Assembly (NCBI GenBank): GCA_963828735.1
Contig: CAWHFW010000005.1
Span: forward strand, 128,001 to 192,000
Length of the DNA stretch: 64,000 nt
Direction of reading: 5' to 3'
Source of the DNA: an uncultured Gemmatimonadales bacterium
Lineage (GTDB): Bacteria; Gemmatimonadota; Gemmatimonadetes; Gemmatimonadales; GWC2-71-9
The notes beneath the pieces are model-generated. The model saw nothing but the letters and a program-made list of their open reading frames with translations, was not told the origin of the DNA and ran no database searches. Below, one piece after another: positions 1 through 15,218 of this stretch (its first letter is position 1; every line of letters starts with the position of its first letter). A program made the translations under genes and the position numbers.

Positions 1-489
1 CAGCAGCGAGTCGACGCTCTCGGGTGTCGTGGCAGCCGCCAGCGCGGAGGGCAGCAACGAGACGAGGTCCTCGGTGTCGGCATCAGGACGCTGGATCAGG
101 AGGAGCGCGTAGCGCTCCGTGCCGCGCTCCGGGGCGATCGCCTGGAGTCCTGTCACGACCTCTTGCAGGACATCCGCATTGCTTTGACGCTCGGCCGCGC
201 GGGCGACGCCCTCGAGCCCCTCGGCGGCCTCCGCGCGGCGTGTCGGGTCTTCACCCGCCAGGCGGACGTACGCATCGGCGCTCTGCCGAAGCTCGCCGGC
301 ATGCAGCGCGGCGGCGCCAAGCTTGGCCAGGCGGGTGGCTTCCGGTTTCGCCTCGACGGCCTCCCGGTATTCGGCGACGGCGTCCGTGTACCTCGCCTCA
401 CCGTACGCCCGGTCGCCCAGCCGCTCGTGGTCGGTCCGCCCGCCGCAGGCCGCGGCGACCACCGTCGCCAGCGCGAGTCGCGCTCTCAC
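1..489 (-). CDS. TPR-like lipoprotein, partial (runs off window start)
   Basis: Read by hand: GTG at 489 overlapping the upstream TGA (GTGA); MRARLALATVVAAACGGRTDHERLGDRAYGEARYTDAVAEYREA.. has a lipobox AAC and TPR-like helices. Confidence 0.65.
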   Translation of the reverse strand, partial: MRARLALATVVAAACGGRTDHERLGDRAYGEARYTDAVAEYREAVEAKPEATRLAKLGAAALHAGELRQSADAYVRLAGEDPTRRAEAAEGLEGVARAAERQSNADVLQEVVTGLQAIAPERGTERYALLLIQRPDADTEDLVSLLPSALAAATTPESVDSLL

Positions 490-1193
490 GCCCCCGTGCG
501 GCCCAGCATCGCGAGGTAGGCTTCCACCCTCGCATTCTCCGGGCGGCGCGACAGACAGGCCTTCCACACCTCGCGCGCACCGAGCCCGTCGCCGGACAGG
601 AAGTGCGCCAGCCCCAGGGCCGCCTCGGCGTCCACGAAGTTGGGCCGCGCGTTGAGCACTTCCTCGAGGGCTTCCCGCGCCTCGAGCGCGCGCCCCGCCT
701 CGAGCATCACCCGCGCCATGCGATAGCGCAGGTCCTGGAAGCCGGGGCCAAGAGCGAGGGCGTGCTCGTATTGCTCGATGGCCCGGGCGAGTGCGCCCGC
801 CTCGGCGTACGCGTCGGCGAGCTCGGCGTGCTGGTTCGCGAGGCGCGCCGCGACCGGCGCCGGCAGGCCCGCCGTCGGAGGCGCCACACTTTCCGCGGCG
901 CGCCGGAACGACTCCTCGGATTCCCGCATCCGGCCCATCTCGCTCAGCACCAGGCCCTGGTGGATGAGCGCCTCCAGGTATCGCGGATTGAGCTCCAGCG
1001 CCCGGCTGAACTGGGTCAGCGCTTCTTCGGACCGTCCCAGGAGCGAGAGACTCACGCCGATCAGATGATGCACGTCGGCGAAGGCCCGTCCCGATGCGAC
1101 GATCTCCTCGAGCAGGTAGATCGCGCCGTAGTAGTCCTGCACGGTGAACCGGTCGCGCGCGCGGGCCAACAGGCGCTCAGTCTGACTGGCCAT
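486..1193 (-). CDS. Tetratricopeptide repeat protein
   Basis: Repeated TPR patterns (EEALTQFSRALELNPRY, AIEQYEHALALGPGF). Confidence 0.85.
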   Translation of the reverse strand: MASQTERLLARARDRFTVQDYYGAIYLLEEIVASGRAFADVHHLIGVSLSLLGRSEEALTQFSRALELNPRYLEALIHQGLVLSEMGRMRESEESFRRAAESVAPPTAGLPAPVAARLANQHAELADAYAEAGALARAIEQYEHALALGPGFQDLRYRMARVMLEAGRALEAREALEEVLNARPNFVDAEAALGLAHFLSGDGLGAREVWKACLSRRPENARVEAYLAMLGRTGA

Positions 1194-2145
1194 AAGCCTC
1201 CCTGAACCAGGCGGCGAACCTCCGGATGCCCTCGGGGAACGGCGTCTTCGGCGCGTAGCCGAGAACCGCGCCGGATTTGGTGAGGTCGGCCGCCGTCTTC
1301 TGCACGTCCCCCGCCTGCATCGGTCCCCACTGCAGTTTGGGCTCGATGCCGAGTGCCCGCGAGATCTCCGCCACCATGTCGCCGGTGCGGACGGACCGGT
1401 TGCCGCCCAGATTGAACGCCTCCATCCCGATCGGTGCCGAGTCGGTCCAGTCGATGGCGGCGGTCACGCCGGCGACGATGTCGTCGCAATATGTGTAGTC
1501 GCGCGCCTGGGTGCCGTCGCCGAAGAGCGTGATCTGCTCTCCCGCCGCCATCCGGCGCGCGAACGCGTGGATCGCGAGGTCGGGGCGCTGGCGCGGGCCG
1601 TAGACCGTGAAGAACCGAAGCGCCGCGCTCCGGAATCCGTAGATCGGCGCGACCGAGAGCAGCAGCAGCTCGGCCGCCCGCTTCGTCGCGGCGTACACGG
1701 AGACCGGCTCCATCGCGCTCGCGTCCTCGCGAAACGGGACCGGGGTGGTGTCCCCGTAGATCGACGAGGACGAGCCGAATGCGATGCGCGACACGCCTGC
1801 CCGGCGGGCCGCCTCGAGCACGGCGGCCGTCCCGGTCACGTTGGCCTCGGCGTACCCCACCGGATCCGCGAGCGAAGGCCGCACGCCCGCCTTGGCCGCA
1901 AGGTGCACGATGACCGTGTCCGGCGTGAGCCTCGCGCGGAGCGCCGCCACGTCCAGCATGTCCTGCTCGTGGAACTGGAACCCCGCCAGGCGTCCTATCT
2001 CCCCGAGGTTCCGCTCCTTCATCGCTCGGGGATAGAAGCCGTCGAAGTTGTCGATGCCCACGACCTCGTCGCCCCGGCGCACCAGCGCCTCGACCAGGTG
2101 AGAACCGATGAACCCCGCGGCCCCGGTCACGAGAATACGGCTCAC
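1177..2145 (-). CDS. NAD-dependent epimerase (UDP-glucuronate 4-epimerase-like)
   Basis: GAAGFIG, HLAAKAGVR, YAATK, RFFTVYGP motifs. Confidence 0.9.
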   Translation of the reverse strand: MSRILVTGAAGFIGSHLVEALVRRGDEVVGIDNFDGFYPRAMKERNLGEIGRLAGFQFHEQDMLDVAALRARLTPDTVIVHLAAKAGVRPSLADPVGYAEANVTGTAAVLEAARRAGVSRIAFGSSSSIYGDTTPVPFREDASAMEPVSVYAATKRAAELLLLSVAPIYGFRSAALRFFTVYGPRQRPDLAIHAFARRMAAGEQITLFGDGTQARDYTYCDDIVAGVTAAIDWTDSAPIGMEAFNLGGNRSVRTGDMVAEISRALGIEPKLQWGPMQAGDVQKTAADLTKSGAVLGYAPKTPFPEGIRRFAAWFREAYGQSD

Positions 2146-3452
2146 CGCCGTCCCCGGCCGATTCCGTGGTACTCGAAGCCGAGCGCGGTCATGCGGCTCG
2201 GATCGTAGAGGTTGCGGCCGTCGATGAGCAGCGCCCGCCGGAGCAGCTTTCGCACCCGCTCGAAGTCAGGGTTCCGGTAGACCAGCCACTCGGTCATGAC
2301 GAGCAGGGCGTCCGAGCCGTGCACGGCACTGTACGGGTCGGCGGTGTAGATGACCCGGTCGCCGAAGATCGCGCGCGCCGAGTCCGTGGCCTTGGGATCG
2401 TGCGCCTGCACGCGCGCGCCTGCCGCGAGCAGCCCCTCGATGAGCGGAATGGTGGGGCTCTCGCGCATGTCGTCCGTCTCGGCCTTGAACGCGAGGCCCC
2501 AGATGCCGACGGTCTTCCCGCTCAGGTCGGGGCCGAGGTACTTGAGCGTCTTCTGGAGCACCACCCGCTTCTGCGCCTCGTTCACCTCTTCGACCGCCTT
2601 GAGTACGTCGAGCGACAGCCCCAGCGACTGCGCGGTGCGGATGATCGCCTTCACGTCCTTGGGAAAGCACGACCCGCCATACCCCGGCCCCGGGTACAGG
2701 AACGCCCGGCCGATCCGCTGATCCGAGCCGATGCCGCGCCGGACGTTGTGGACGTCGGCGCCGACCAGCTCGCAGAACTGCGCCATCTGATTCATGAACG
2801 AGATGCGGGTGGCGAGCATGGCGTTCGCCGCATACTTGGTGACCTCGGCGGAGGCGATGTCCATGAACAGGACCCGCTCGCCGCCCTGGCGGGTGAACGG
2901 AGCGTACAGCTCGCCCATCACCGCCTTGGCGTCCTCGTCGTCCACGCCGATCACGACGCGATCGGGCTTCATGAAATCCTCGATCGCGGCGCCTTCCTTG
3001 AGGAATTCCGGGTTGGAACAGACGGCGAAGGCCTGGGTCGTTTCGCTCCGCACGGCCGCGCGCACCTTTTCGGCCGTGCCGACCGGCACCGTGGACTTGG
3101 TGACGACCACCTTGTGGCCGTTCATGTTCCGGCCGATCTCTCTCGCCACGGCCAGCACGTGCTGCAGATCCGCCGAGCCGTCCTCCCCCGGCGGCGTGCC
3201 CACCGCGATGAACACCACGCGCGCCGCGCGGACGGCCGCGCCGATGTCGGTGGTGAAGGTGAGGCGACCCTCCGCCTGATTCCGGCGCACCATCGGCTCG
3301 AGTCCAGGCTCGTAGATCGGGACCTCGTTCTTCTGCAGCCGCGCGATCTTGTCCGCGTCCTTGTCGACGCAAACGATGTCGTTGCCCGTCTCGGCCAGGC
3401 AGGCGCCGGCCACGAGGCCGACGTAGCCGCTCCCGATCACCGCCACGTGCAT
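2142..3452 (-). CDS. ugd: UDP-glucose 6-dehydrogenase
   Basis: GSGYVG, NPEFLKEG, GYGGSCFPKD. Confidence 0.93.
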   Translation of the reverse strand: MHVAVIGSGYVGLVAGACLAETGNDIVCVDKDADKIARLQKNEVPIYEPGLEPMVRRNQAEGRLTFTTDIGAAVRAARVVFIAVGTPPGEDGSADLQHVLAVAREIGRNMNGHKVVVTKSTVPVGTAEKVRAAVRSETTQAFAVCSNPEFLKEGAAIEDFMKPDRVVIGVDDEDAKAVMGELYAPFTRQGGERVLFMDIASAEVTKYAANAMLATRISFMNQMAQFCELVGADVHNVRRGIGSDQRIGRAFLYPGPGYGGSCFPKDVKAIIRTAQSLGLSLDVLKAVEEVNEAQKRVVLQKTLKYLGPDLSGKTVGIWGLAFKAETDDMRESPTIPLIEGLLAAGARVQAHDPKATDSARAIFGDRVIYTADPYSAVHGSDALLVMTEWLVYRNPDFERVRKLLRRALLIDGRNLYDPSRMTALGFEYHGIGRGRR

Positions 3453-3453
3453 C

Positions 3454-4740
3454 TCAGTCCTCTTTCGGCATGGCGTTGCGCGTATCGACCACCAGCTTTG
3501 CGTTCCGCCGGATCATGGAATAGTCCACCGAGGAGTGATCGGTGACGATCATGATGCAGTCCGCGGAGGCCACCGTCTCGGGATCGAGCGGCACCGAGCG
3601 AAACTCCTGTCCGTCCTCCGAGAACGCTGGCACGTGAGGATCGTGGTAGCTGACTCGGGCGCCCTGGTCCTCCAGCAGTCGGATGATGTCCAGGGCCGGA
3701 CTCTCGCGGATGTCGTCGATGTCGCGCTTGTAGGCCACCCCCAACACCAGCACGGACGCGCCCCGGACGGCCTTGCCCTGCCCGTTCAGCGTCTCGGCCA
3801 GCTTCCGCACCCAGAACAGCGGCATCTCGGTATTGAGCTCGCCGGCGAGGTCGATGAAGCGGGTCTTGTAGTTGAGCCCCCGCATCTTCCAAGCGAGGTA
3901 GTGGGGGTCGATGGGAATGCAGTGTCCCCCGAGTCCCGGACCGGGCAGGAATTTCATGAAGCCGAACGGCTTCGTCGAGGCGGCCTCGATGACTTCCCAG
4001 ACGTTCACACCGAGCTTGTCGCAGACGATCGCCATCTCGTTCACGAGCCCGATGTTCACGCTGCGGAAGGTGTTCTCGAGCAGCTTCACCAGCTCGGCGG
4101 CCTCAGTGGTCGAGACCAACACCAGCGTCTCGATGGCCGGCTGGTACAGCGCCATCGCCACTCGGCTACAATCGCTCGTGATGCCGCCCACCACCTTGGG
4201 CGTGTTCCGGGTGCCGTAGTGGGGATTGCCCGGGTCCACGCGCTCGGGGCTGAAGGCGAGGAAAAAATCCTCGCCCACGGCGAGACCGGTGCTCTCGAGC
4301 GCGGGCAGAAGGATCTCGCGGGTGGTTCCCGGATAGGTCGTGCTCTCGAGGATGATGGCCTGGCCCCGCCGCAGCGTTCGCTTGACCGCTTCGGTCGCCG
4401 CGACGATGTAGCTGACGTCCGGATCCTTGAACTTCGACAACGGCGTCGGCACGCAGATGGAGACCGCATCGGCCTCCGCGAGGCGAAGCATGTCGGTGGT
4501 GGCGCTGAAGCGCCCGGCGGCGACGACGGCCTGGAGCTGGGCGTGGCTCACGTCCTTCACGTGCGAGCGCCGCGCGTTGAGGCCGTCCACGACGTTCTCC
4601 TGCACGTCGAAGCCCAGCACGCGGTAGCCCGCCTCGGCGAGCTCGACCGCCAGGGGCAGCCCGACGTAGCCGAGCCCGACGATGCCGAACAGCAGATCGC
4701 GCCGCTCCGCGCGGGCGATCAAGTCCTGGGCCACGGTCAC
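3454..4740 (-). CDS. Nucleotide-sugar dehydrogenase (UDP-GlcNAc 6-dehydrogenase, WbpA/WecC family)
   Basis: GLGYVGLP, FSPERVDPG, GGHCIPIDP; GTG start at 4740 overlaps upstream stop. Confidence 0.9.
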   Translation of the reverse strand: MTVAQDLIARAERRDLLFGIVGLGYVGLPLAVELAEAGYRVLGFDVQENVVDGLNARRSHVKDVSHAQLQAVVAAGRFSATTDMLRLAEADAVSICVPTPLSKFKDPDVSYIVAATEAVKRTLRRGQAIILESTTYPGTTREILLPALESTGLAVGEDFFLAFSPERVDPGNPHYGTRNTPKVVGGITSDCSRVAMALYQPAIETLVLVSTTEAAELVKLLENTFRSVNIGLVNEMAIVCDKLGVNVWEVIEAASTKPFGFMKFLPGPGLGGHCIPIDPHYLAWKMRGLNYKTRFIDLAGELNTEMPLFWVRKLAETLNGQGKAVRGASVLVLGVAYKRDIDDIRESPALDIIRLLEDQGARVSYHDPHVPAFSEDGQEFRSVPLDPETVASADCIMIVTDHSSVDYSMIRRNAKLVVDTRNAMPKED

Positions 4741-5852
4741 GCGTAGAACCCCAGGATGGCGTCGATCACCGTCTCCTGCTGCTCGAGGCTGAGCTCGGGA
4801 TAGACCGGGAGGGAGATCACCTGCTCGGTGGCCGCCTCCGAGATCGGCAGGCTGCCCTTGGCGTAGTCGAGGTACGCGAAGCACGGCTGCAGATGCAGCG
4901 ACAGCGGGTAGTAGATCGAGTTCCCGATCTGCTTCGACTTGAGGTGCGCCTGCAGCGCGTCGCGTTGGGACACGCGGATCGTGTACTGGTTGAAGATGTG
5001 CTCGTTGGCCGGGTCGGTCCGCGGGGGACATACCTCGGGATGGTTCCCGAAGGCCTCGGTGTAACGCGTGGCATTGCGGGCGCGCGCCGCGCTCCAGTCG
5101 GCGAGGTGCGGGAGCTTGGCCAACAGGACGGCCGCGTGCAGCGTATCGAGCCTGCTGTTGAATCCCACCTCGTCATGGTAGTACTGCCGGGCGCCGCCGT
5201 GGAGCCGCAGACGCTGCAGCCGGGCGGCCAGAGCGTCGTCCTGGGTCACCATCATGCCGCCGTCGCCGTAGGCGCCGAGGTTCTTGCTGGGAAAAAACGA
5301 CAGCGTGCCGACCGTGCCCAGCTCACCGGCCACGCGCCAGACGCCGTCCACCTTCCGCCGGGCGCCGATCGACTGCGCCGCGTCCTCGATGAGCGCGACG
5401 CCGTGCCGTGCGGCGATCGGCCCCAGGGCTTCCATGGCCGCCATCTGGCCGAACAGGTGGACCACGACGATGCCACGGGTCCGCGGGGTGATCGCGGCCT
5501 CGACGGCCGCCGAGTCGATGTTGAAGGTTCCGGCCTCGATGTCCACGAAGACCGGCTTGCCGCCGGCATTGTGGATGGCTCCCGCGGTCGCGAAGAACGT
5601 GAAGGGCGTGGTGATGACCTCGTCGCCCGGCTTGAGGTCCAGCGCCTTGAGCGGCAGCAGGAGCGCGTCGGTCCCGCTCGCGCAGCCGACGGCGTGCTTC
5701 GCATGAGACAGCGCCGCCACCGCAGCTTCGAGCTTCGCGACCTCGGGGCCCATGATGAAGCCCTGGCGCTCGATCACGGCCATCACGGCCTCGAGCACCT
5801 CGTCCTTGATGTCGCGGTACTGCGCGACCAGGTCCAGCAGAGGAACGTTCAC
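4737..5852 (-). CDS. DegT/DnrJ/EryC1/StrS aminotransferase (WbpE-like)
   Basis: SGTDAL, IEDAAQ, SFFPSKNLGAYGDGG. Confidence 0.93.
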   Translation of the reverse strand: MNVPLLDLVAQYRDIKDEVLEAVMAVIERQGFIMGPEVAKLEAAVAALSHAKHAVGCASGTDALLLPLKALDLKPGDEVITTPFTFFATAGAIHNAGGKPVFVDIEAGTFNIDSAAVEAAITPRTRGIVVVHLFGQMAAMEALGPIAARHGVALIEDAAQSIGARRKVDGVWRVAGELGTVGTLSFFPSKNLGAYGDGGMMVTQDDALAARLQRLRLHGGARQYYHDEVGFNSRLDTLHAAVLLAKLPHLADWSAARARNATRYTEAFGNHPEVCPPRTDPANEHIFNQYTIRVSQRDALQAHLKSKQIGNSIYYPLSLHLQPCFAYLDYAKGSLPISEAATEQVISLPVYPELSLEQQETVIDAILGFYA

Positions 5853-5945
5853 CGGTGCAGTCCATGTAGAAAGCGCCCGCGCATCGGCCAGGGCGGCCGG
5901 ACCGCGGGCGCGGTAAATAGACGGAACCCTTGGCAGCCGTGTAAC

Positions 5946-6551
5946 TTAGACGCGTGGCGCAGGTGGGTCAATCTGGCGGAGCAACCCGCCCTCCTCGCGG
6001 TAGCGGGCCCCGCAGGCGGCGCATGTCGCGGCCCCTCCTGTGAGCTCGAGGCGAACGCCGCACTGACACATCCACCCGACCCGACGCGCCGGAACCCCCA
6101 CCATCAGCCCGAAGGCCGGCACGTCGTCGGTCACCACGGCCCCGGCGCCGACGAAGCTGTACTCACCGAGGGTGACGCCGCAGACGACGGTGGCGTTCGC
6201 CCCGATGGTGGTCCCCCGCCGGACCAGGGTCGCGCGATACTCCGATTTCCGCGAGACATGGCTCCGGGGGTTGGTGACGTTGGTGAATACGCAGCTCGGG
6301 CCGCAGAAGACGTCGTCCTCGAGGGTCACACCCTCGTAGATCGAGACATTGTTCTGGACCTTCACGTTGTTCCCGAGGCGCGTCCCACCCATCACGACGA
6401 CGTTTTGGCCCAGATTGCACCGCTCCCCGATCACGGCGCCCGGCATGACGTGGCAGAAGTGCCAGATCCTGGTACCGTCGCCGATGACGGCACCGTCGTC
6501 GATGTAGCTGGATTCGTGGGCGAAGTAATCGGGCATGAGACGCCTGGTCAC
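5946..6551 (-). CDS. Hexapeptide-repeat N-acetyltransferase (WbpD-like)
   Basis: [24 protein letters not shown]-terminal CxCG..CxxCG; start could be ATG at 6536. Confidence 0.9.
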   Translation of the reverse strand: MTRRLMPDYFAHESSYIDDGAVIGDGTRIWHFCHVMPGAVIGERCNLGQNVVVMGGTRLGNNVKVQNNVSIYEGVTLEDDVFCGPSCVFTNVTNPRSHVSRKSEYRATLVRRGTTIGANATVVCGVTLGEYSFVGAGAVVTDDVPAFGLMVGVPARRVGWMCQCGVRLELTGGAATCAACGARYREEGGLLRQIDPPAPRV

Positions 6552-7503
6552 GACTCGGGATTGAGGTACTCACCCAGGGACCCGATCAGTTTCACCTCGG
6601 GCTCGAGCTGCACATCGAACCGCGTCTCGACCTCGCGCTGGGCGCGCTCGATGAGGGCCCGGACGTCGGCGGCGGTGGCGTCGCCGGCGTTGACGAAGTA
6701 GTTGGCGTGCATCGGCGAGACCTGCGCGCCGCCCATGCGCACGCCCTTGAGGCCGGCCGCCTCCACGAGCTGCCCCGCGGTGCGCGGGCCGCCTTCCCGC
6801 TTCCAGCTCGGGCCGGCCGGATTCTTGAACACGCTTCCGCAGCACGGCTGGTTGAATGGCGTGCCCCGCTGCCGCCATTCGAACATCTCGGTGATCTGCT
6901 CGTCGAGCCGAGCCTGCGCCTCAGGGCGGAGGCGCACGGTCGTGTCGAGCACGATGCGGCCGTCCAGGCCGCTCCGCCTGTAGGTGAACGGCACCTCGCT
7001 CCGGCCGAGCACCTGGTCGTTTCCTCTTCCGTCCACCACCGTCACCTGCTCGACGACCTCGGACCAGTCGCCGCCATGGCACCCCGCGTTCATGTACACC
7101 CCCCCGCCGACGGTACCCGGCACGCCGACGAAGATGTGGAGCCCGGCGAAGCCAGCCCCCGCGGTCTTTCGCGCGGCGAGCGGCGCCGGCAGTCCCGCCC
7201 CGATGGTCCAGCGCTCGCCGTCCTGGCGGAGGCTGTCGAGGCCCTTCCCCAGACGAATCACGAGCGCGTCGAGCCCGGTGTCCGGTAGCAGGATGTTCGA
7301 GCCGAGACCGACGGCGAACCATGGGACGCCCGCCTCGTTCGCCGTCCGAAGAGCCTCGGCGACGTCCTCGGGCCCGGCCGGCAGCACCACCGTGGCGGGC
7401 CCGCCGATCCGGTAGGTGGAGTACCGCGCCAGCGCCTCGCGTTCCCGCACCTCGCCGCGCACCTTCGCCCGGAGCTTCTTGGCGAAGGCCGGGTCGCGCG
7501 CGG

Positions 7504-7516
<13 letters not shown>
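6548..7516 (-). CDS. murB: UDP-N-acetylenolpyruvoylglucosamine reductase
   Basis: [44 protein letters not shown]. Confidence 0.93.
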
Positions 7517-10807
<3,291 letters not shown>

Positions 10808-10824
<17 letters not shown>

Positions 10825-11761
10825 CAACCAGTTCCTGGAGCGTCTGTTCGAGTGAGATCGCCGGCGCCCACCCTGTGGCGCGACGGAGTTTAGTCGGATC
10901 CCCGACGAGATGCGGGATGTCGGCCCGCCGCATGAGCGCGGGATCGGGGGTTGCCGCCGCCGTGGTTCCCACCAGGGCTGCGAGCCGTCGGAACACCTCC
11001 TCCAGCGACAGCCCTTCGCCTCGCGCGACGTTGTAGGCTTCGCCGGCGGCCCCGAGCGTCAACAGCTGGCGGTAGGCGGCGACCACATCCCGCACGTCCA
11101 GCAGGTCGCGTACGGGCGTCAGGTTGCCGGTCGGGACTCGCACCGCGCCGTTGGCCCGGGCCACCTTGAGCCGCCGAGCGAATGCCGGAACGGCGTAGTC
11201 GGGGCTCTGGCCCGGTCCGGTGTGCGGGAACGGCCGGGCGACCACCACCCTCAGGCCCGTCCGCCGATATGCCTCCATCGCCGCCACCTCCGCCCCCAGC
11301 TTGCTCGCCGCGTAAGGCGAGAGCGGCAGCAGCGCATCGGTCTCGCGTCGCGGCGCATCGGAGCCCGCGCCGTACACTTCACCGGAAGAGATCAGCAGGA
11401 CCACCGGATCCAGGCGTGCCGCCTGGAGCAGCGAGCCGGCCGCACCGGTGAGCCTGGCCGTGCCCACCGCATTCACGATCCAGGCCGCGCCGGGATTCTC
11501 CCGCGCCTGCCGCACCGAGGCCACGGCGGCCAGATGCACCACGGCATCGGGCTGCCACTCGAGCGCCGCGCGAACGGAGGCGTCATCCGTGATCTCGAGC
11601 GGAAGCACCGTCACCCGTGCGCCGGCCGGTGCGCCGTTCGACCAGTCCACTGCAGGGCCGCCGGGCCGGCACCCCGCCGCCACTTCGTCGCCCGCCTGGA
11701 GAAGATGTCGCACCAGGTGGCGGCCGACGAATCCGTCCGCCCCGGTGACGAGCACCCTCAC
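10808..11761 (-). CDS. GDP-4-keto-6-deoxymannose reductase-like extended SDR (Rmd-like)
   Basis: [29 protein letters not shown]; directly downstream of gmd. Confidence 0.75.
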
Positions 11762-11771
11762 GCGTGGCCCG

Positions 11772-12806
<1,035 letters not shown>

Positions 12807-12874
12807 TACGGGCTTTCCGGCGATCGGGTGGCCGGCGCAAAACCAGCATCCCAGACACGACCAAAGGTGGAGCT

Positions 12875-13087
12875 ATGGCACGGGTGTGCTCCGTGTGCGG
12901 CAAGGGGCCGGTCACCGGCAACAACGTCAGCCACGCCAACAATCGAACCAAGCGTCGCTGGTATCCGAATCTGCAGACCGTCCGGGTGCTGGTCGAGGGT
13001 GCGCCCAAGCGCGTCCGGGTGTGTACGCAGTGCCTGAAGAGTAACCGGATCACCAAAGCGCCCAAGGCGGTCGCCGCCGCGGTCTGA
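12875..13087 (+). CDS. rpmB: 50S ribosomal protein L28
   Basis: [37 protein letters not shown]. Confidence 0.97.
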   Translation: MARVCSVCGKGPVTGNNVSHANNRTKRRWYPNLQTVRVLVEGAPKRVRVCTQCLKSNRITKAPKAVAAAV

Positions 13088-13108
13088 CCGATCGGCGCGA
13101 GCGGTCAT

Positions 13109-13138
13109 GAAAAAGGGGACCCCAGGGTCCCCTTTCTT
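13109..13138. terminator. Bidirectional intrinsic terminator between convergent rpmB and rplQ
   Basis: aaaaaggggacc-ccag-ggtcccctttctt hairpin with A and T tails. Confidence 0.8.
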
Positions 13139-13161
13139 GTTGCGCGGAAGCAAGGCGCCGG

Positions 13162-13518
13162 TCACTCGGAGAGCAACTCGATCCGGGCGATGTCCGCGCC
13201 GTCGCCGTCGCGGTGGCCGAGCTTGAGGATGCGCGTGTAACCGCCGGGCCGCGCGGCGAACCGCGGGCCGATCTCGGCGAAAAGGCGGGACAGCGTTTCC
13301 CGGCTCTTGATCTTCCGCTCCACCAGCCGGCGCGCGTGCAGATCGCCGCGGCGGGCCAGCGTGATGAGCTTCTCGGCGAACGGCCGGAGCTCCTTGGCCT
13401 TGGCCTCGGTGGTGATGACACGGCCATGCTCGAACAGACTGGTGGCCATGTTGTTGAGCATCGCGCGACGATGGCTCGAGGTGCGGCTCAGCTGCCGGCC
13501 TTTGGCGCGATGACGCAT
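13162..13518 (-). CDS. rplQ: 50S ribosomal protein L17
   Basis: MRHR..GRQLSRTSSHR, ITTEAKAKE, RPGGYTRILK. Confidence 0.97.
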   Translation of the reverse strand: MRHRAKGRQLSRTSSHRRAMLNNMATSLFEHGRVITTEAKAKELRPFAEKLITLARRGDLHARRLVERKIKSRETLSRLFAEIGPRFAARPGGYTRILKLGHRDGDGADIARIELLSE

Positions 13519-14583
13519 TTACTGGATCTCCCCGGTCCCGGCGGAGGGATGCGCCATCGGCGGAGTGCCCGAGCGGAGCACGCGCAGCTCCCCGTCGCTC
13601 TCCTCGAACGCCATGCCGAAGTTGAGCCCTTCGCGCTGCAACAGCTCGGCGATCTCGCTCAGCGCCTTCTCGCCCACGTTCTTGACCTTGAGCAGATCGT
13701 CCTCGCTGAACTCGACCAGATCCTTGAGGGTCCGGATGTTCGAGTTCTTGAGGGAGTTGAGCGACCGCACCGAGAGGCCGAAGTCGTCGATCGGGCGCGC
13801 CAGCCGCTGGCGCAGGTTGGTGCCGTTGCCGGCGCCGGCCGCCGCCCCCGCGTCCCGCATGGTGGGAACCTTGCCGAAGTCCACGAAGTACTGGAAGTGG
13901 ACCTGGGCGAGCGCCGCGGCGTACGCGATGGCGTCTTCGGGCGTGATGGTCCCGTTGGTCTCGACCTGGACCGTGAGCCGGTCGTAGTCGGTGCGCTGGC
14001 CGACGCGGGTTTCGGCCACCGCGAAATTGGCACGGCGGACCGGGTTGTAGATGGCGTCGATCCGCACCAGGTCCACCGGCAAGGAACGGTCGGCCGGGTG
14101 CATCTCGGCCTCGACGTAGCCCCGCCCCTTGTTCACGTACAGCTCCATGCTGACGTCGCGGTCATCCTGGAGGGTGAACAACAGGTGGTCCGGGTTCTTG
14201 ACGGTGACGGCGCCATGTTCCTGGATGTCGCGGGCGTAGACCGGCCCTGCGCCATCGCGGCGGATGTGGAGCACGGCCTCGTCGACGTCCTCGCTCAGGA
14301 CCAGCGTGAGCGCCTTGAGTCGCTGGACGACCTGGTGCACGTCCTCGAGCACGCCCTGCACGGTCTGGTGCTCGTGCACCACGCCGTCCAGGCGGAAGCC
14401 CCACACCGCGCTGCCGCGGAGGGAAGAAAGGAGAAGTCGGCGAAGCGAGTTGCCGAGGGTGTAGCCGAAGCCCCGCTCCAGCGGCTGCAGGCGGAACTCG
14501 GCGGCGTTGGGATTGTCGTCCCGCTTCGTCATCTCGACGAGATGCGGACGTACCAACCCGGTCAGGTCAATGGTCATGGTCAC
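13519..14583 (-). CDS. rpoA: RNA polymerase subunit alpha
   Basis: PLERGFGYTLGNSLRR, RVGQRTDYD, LSVRSLNSL; start may be ATG at 14577. Confidence 0.97.
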   Translation of the reverse strand: MTMTIDLTGLVRPHLVEMTKRDDNPNAAEFRLQPLERGFGYTLGNSLRRLLLSSLRGSAVWGFRLDGVVHEHQTVQGVLEDVHQVVQRLKALTLVLSEDVDEAVLHIRRDGAGPVYARDIQEHGAVTVKNPDHLLFTLQDDRDVSMELYVNKGRGYVEAEMHPADRSLPVDLVRIDAIYNPVRRANFAVAETRVGQRTDYDRLTVQVETNGTITPEDAIAYAAALAQVHFQYFVDFGKVPTMRDAGAAAGAGNGTNLRQRLARPIDDFGLSVRSLNSLKNSNIRTLKDLVEFSEDDLLKVKNVGEKALSEIAELLQREGLNFGMAFEESDGELRVLRSGTPPMAHPSAGTGEIQ

Positions 14584-15215
14584 TTCGAGTAGAGCTCGAC
14601 GATGAGCTGTTCCTGGGCGTTGATCGGGATCGCCTCGCGGGTGGGCCGCTCCGTCATGCGGCCGGCCGCCTTGTCGGCGTCCACCGAGAGCCAGGCCACC
14701 GGCTGCCCACGCGAGGCGGCTTCCTGGGCCAGCTTGACGGACACGAGCTCGCGGCTGGCGGGCGCGACGCGCACCTCCTCGCCCGGGGCGACCCGGTACG
14801 CGGGGATGTCCACGCGGTGGCCGTTCACTTCGATGTGCCCGTGGGCGATGAATTGCCGCGCGGCCTTGCGGCTCGACGCGAAGCCCATCCGGTGCACGAT
14901 GTTGTCCAGCCGGCTCTCGAGGGCGATGAGCAGGTTGGTGCCCTTCACGCCGGGCTCGCGGGTCACGGCGTCGAACGTGTTGCGGAACTGCCGCTCGCTC
15001 AGGCCGTACATCCGCTTCACCTTCTGCTTCTCACGCATCTGCTTCGCGTATTCGGACGCCTTGCGCGGCCGCCCACCGGTCTGGCCGTGCTGGCCGGGCG
15101 CGTACGCGCGCCGCTCCACCGGGCACTTCTCGGTGAGGCACTTGGTGCCCTTCAAAAACAGCTTGGTCCCCTCGCGGCGGCAGAGGCGGCAGCTTGGTCC
15201 GACGTATCGTGACAT
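14580..15215 (-). CDS. rpsD: 30S ribosomal protein S4
   Basis: CRLCRREG, REKQKVK, LESRLDN, EQLIVELYSK. Confidence 0.97.
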   Translation of the reverse strand: MSRYVGPSCRLCRREGTKLFLKGTKCLTEKCPVERRAYAPGQHGQTGGRPRKASEYAKQMREKQKVKRMYGLSERQFRNTFDAVTREPGVKGTNLLIALESRLDNIVHRMGFASSRKAARQFIAHGHIEVNGHRVDIPAYRVAPGEEVRVAPASRELVSVKLAQEAASRGQPVAWLSVDADKAAGRMTERPTREAIPINAQEQLIVELYSK

Positions 15216-15218
15216 TGA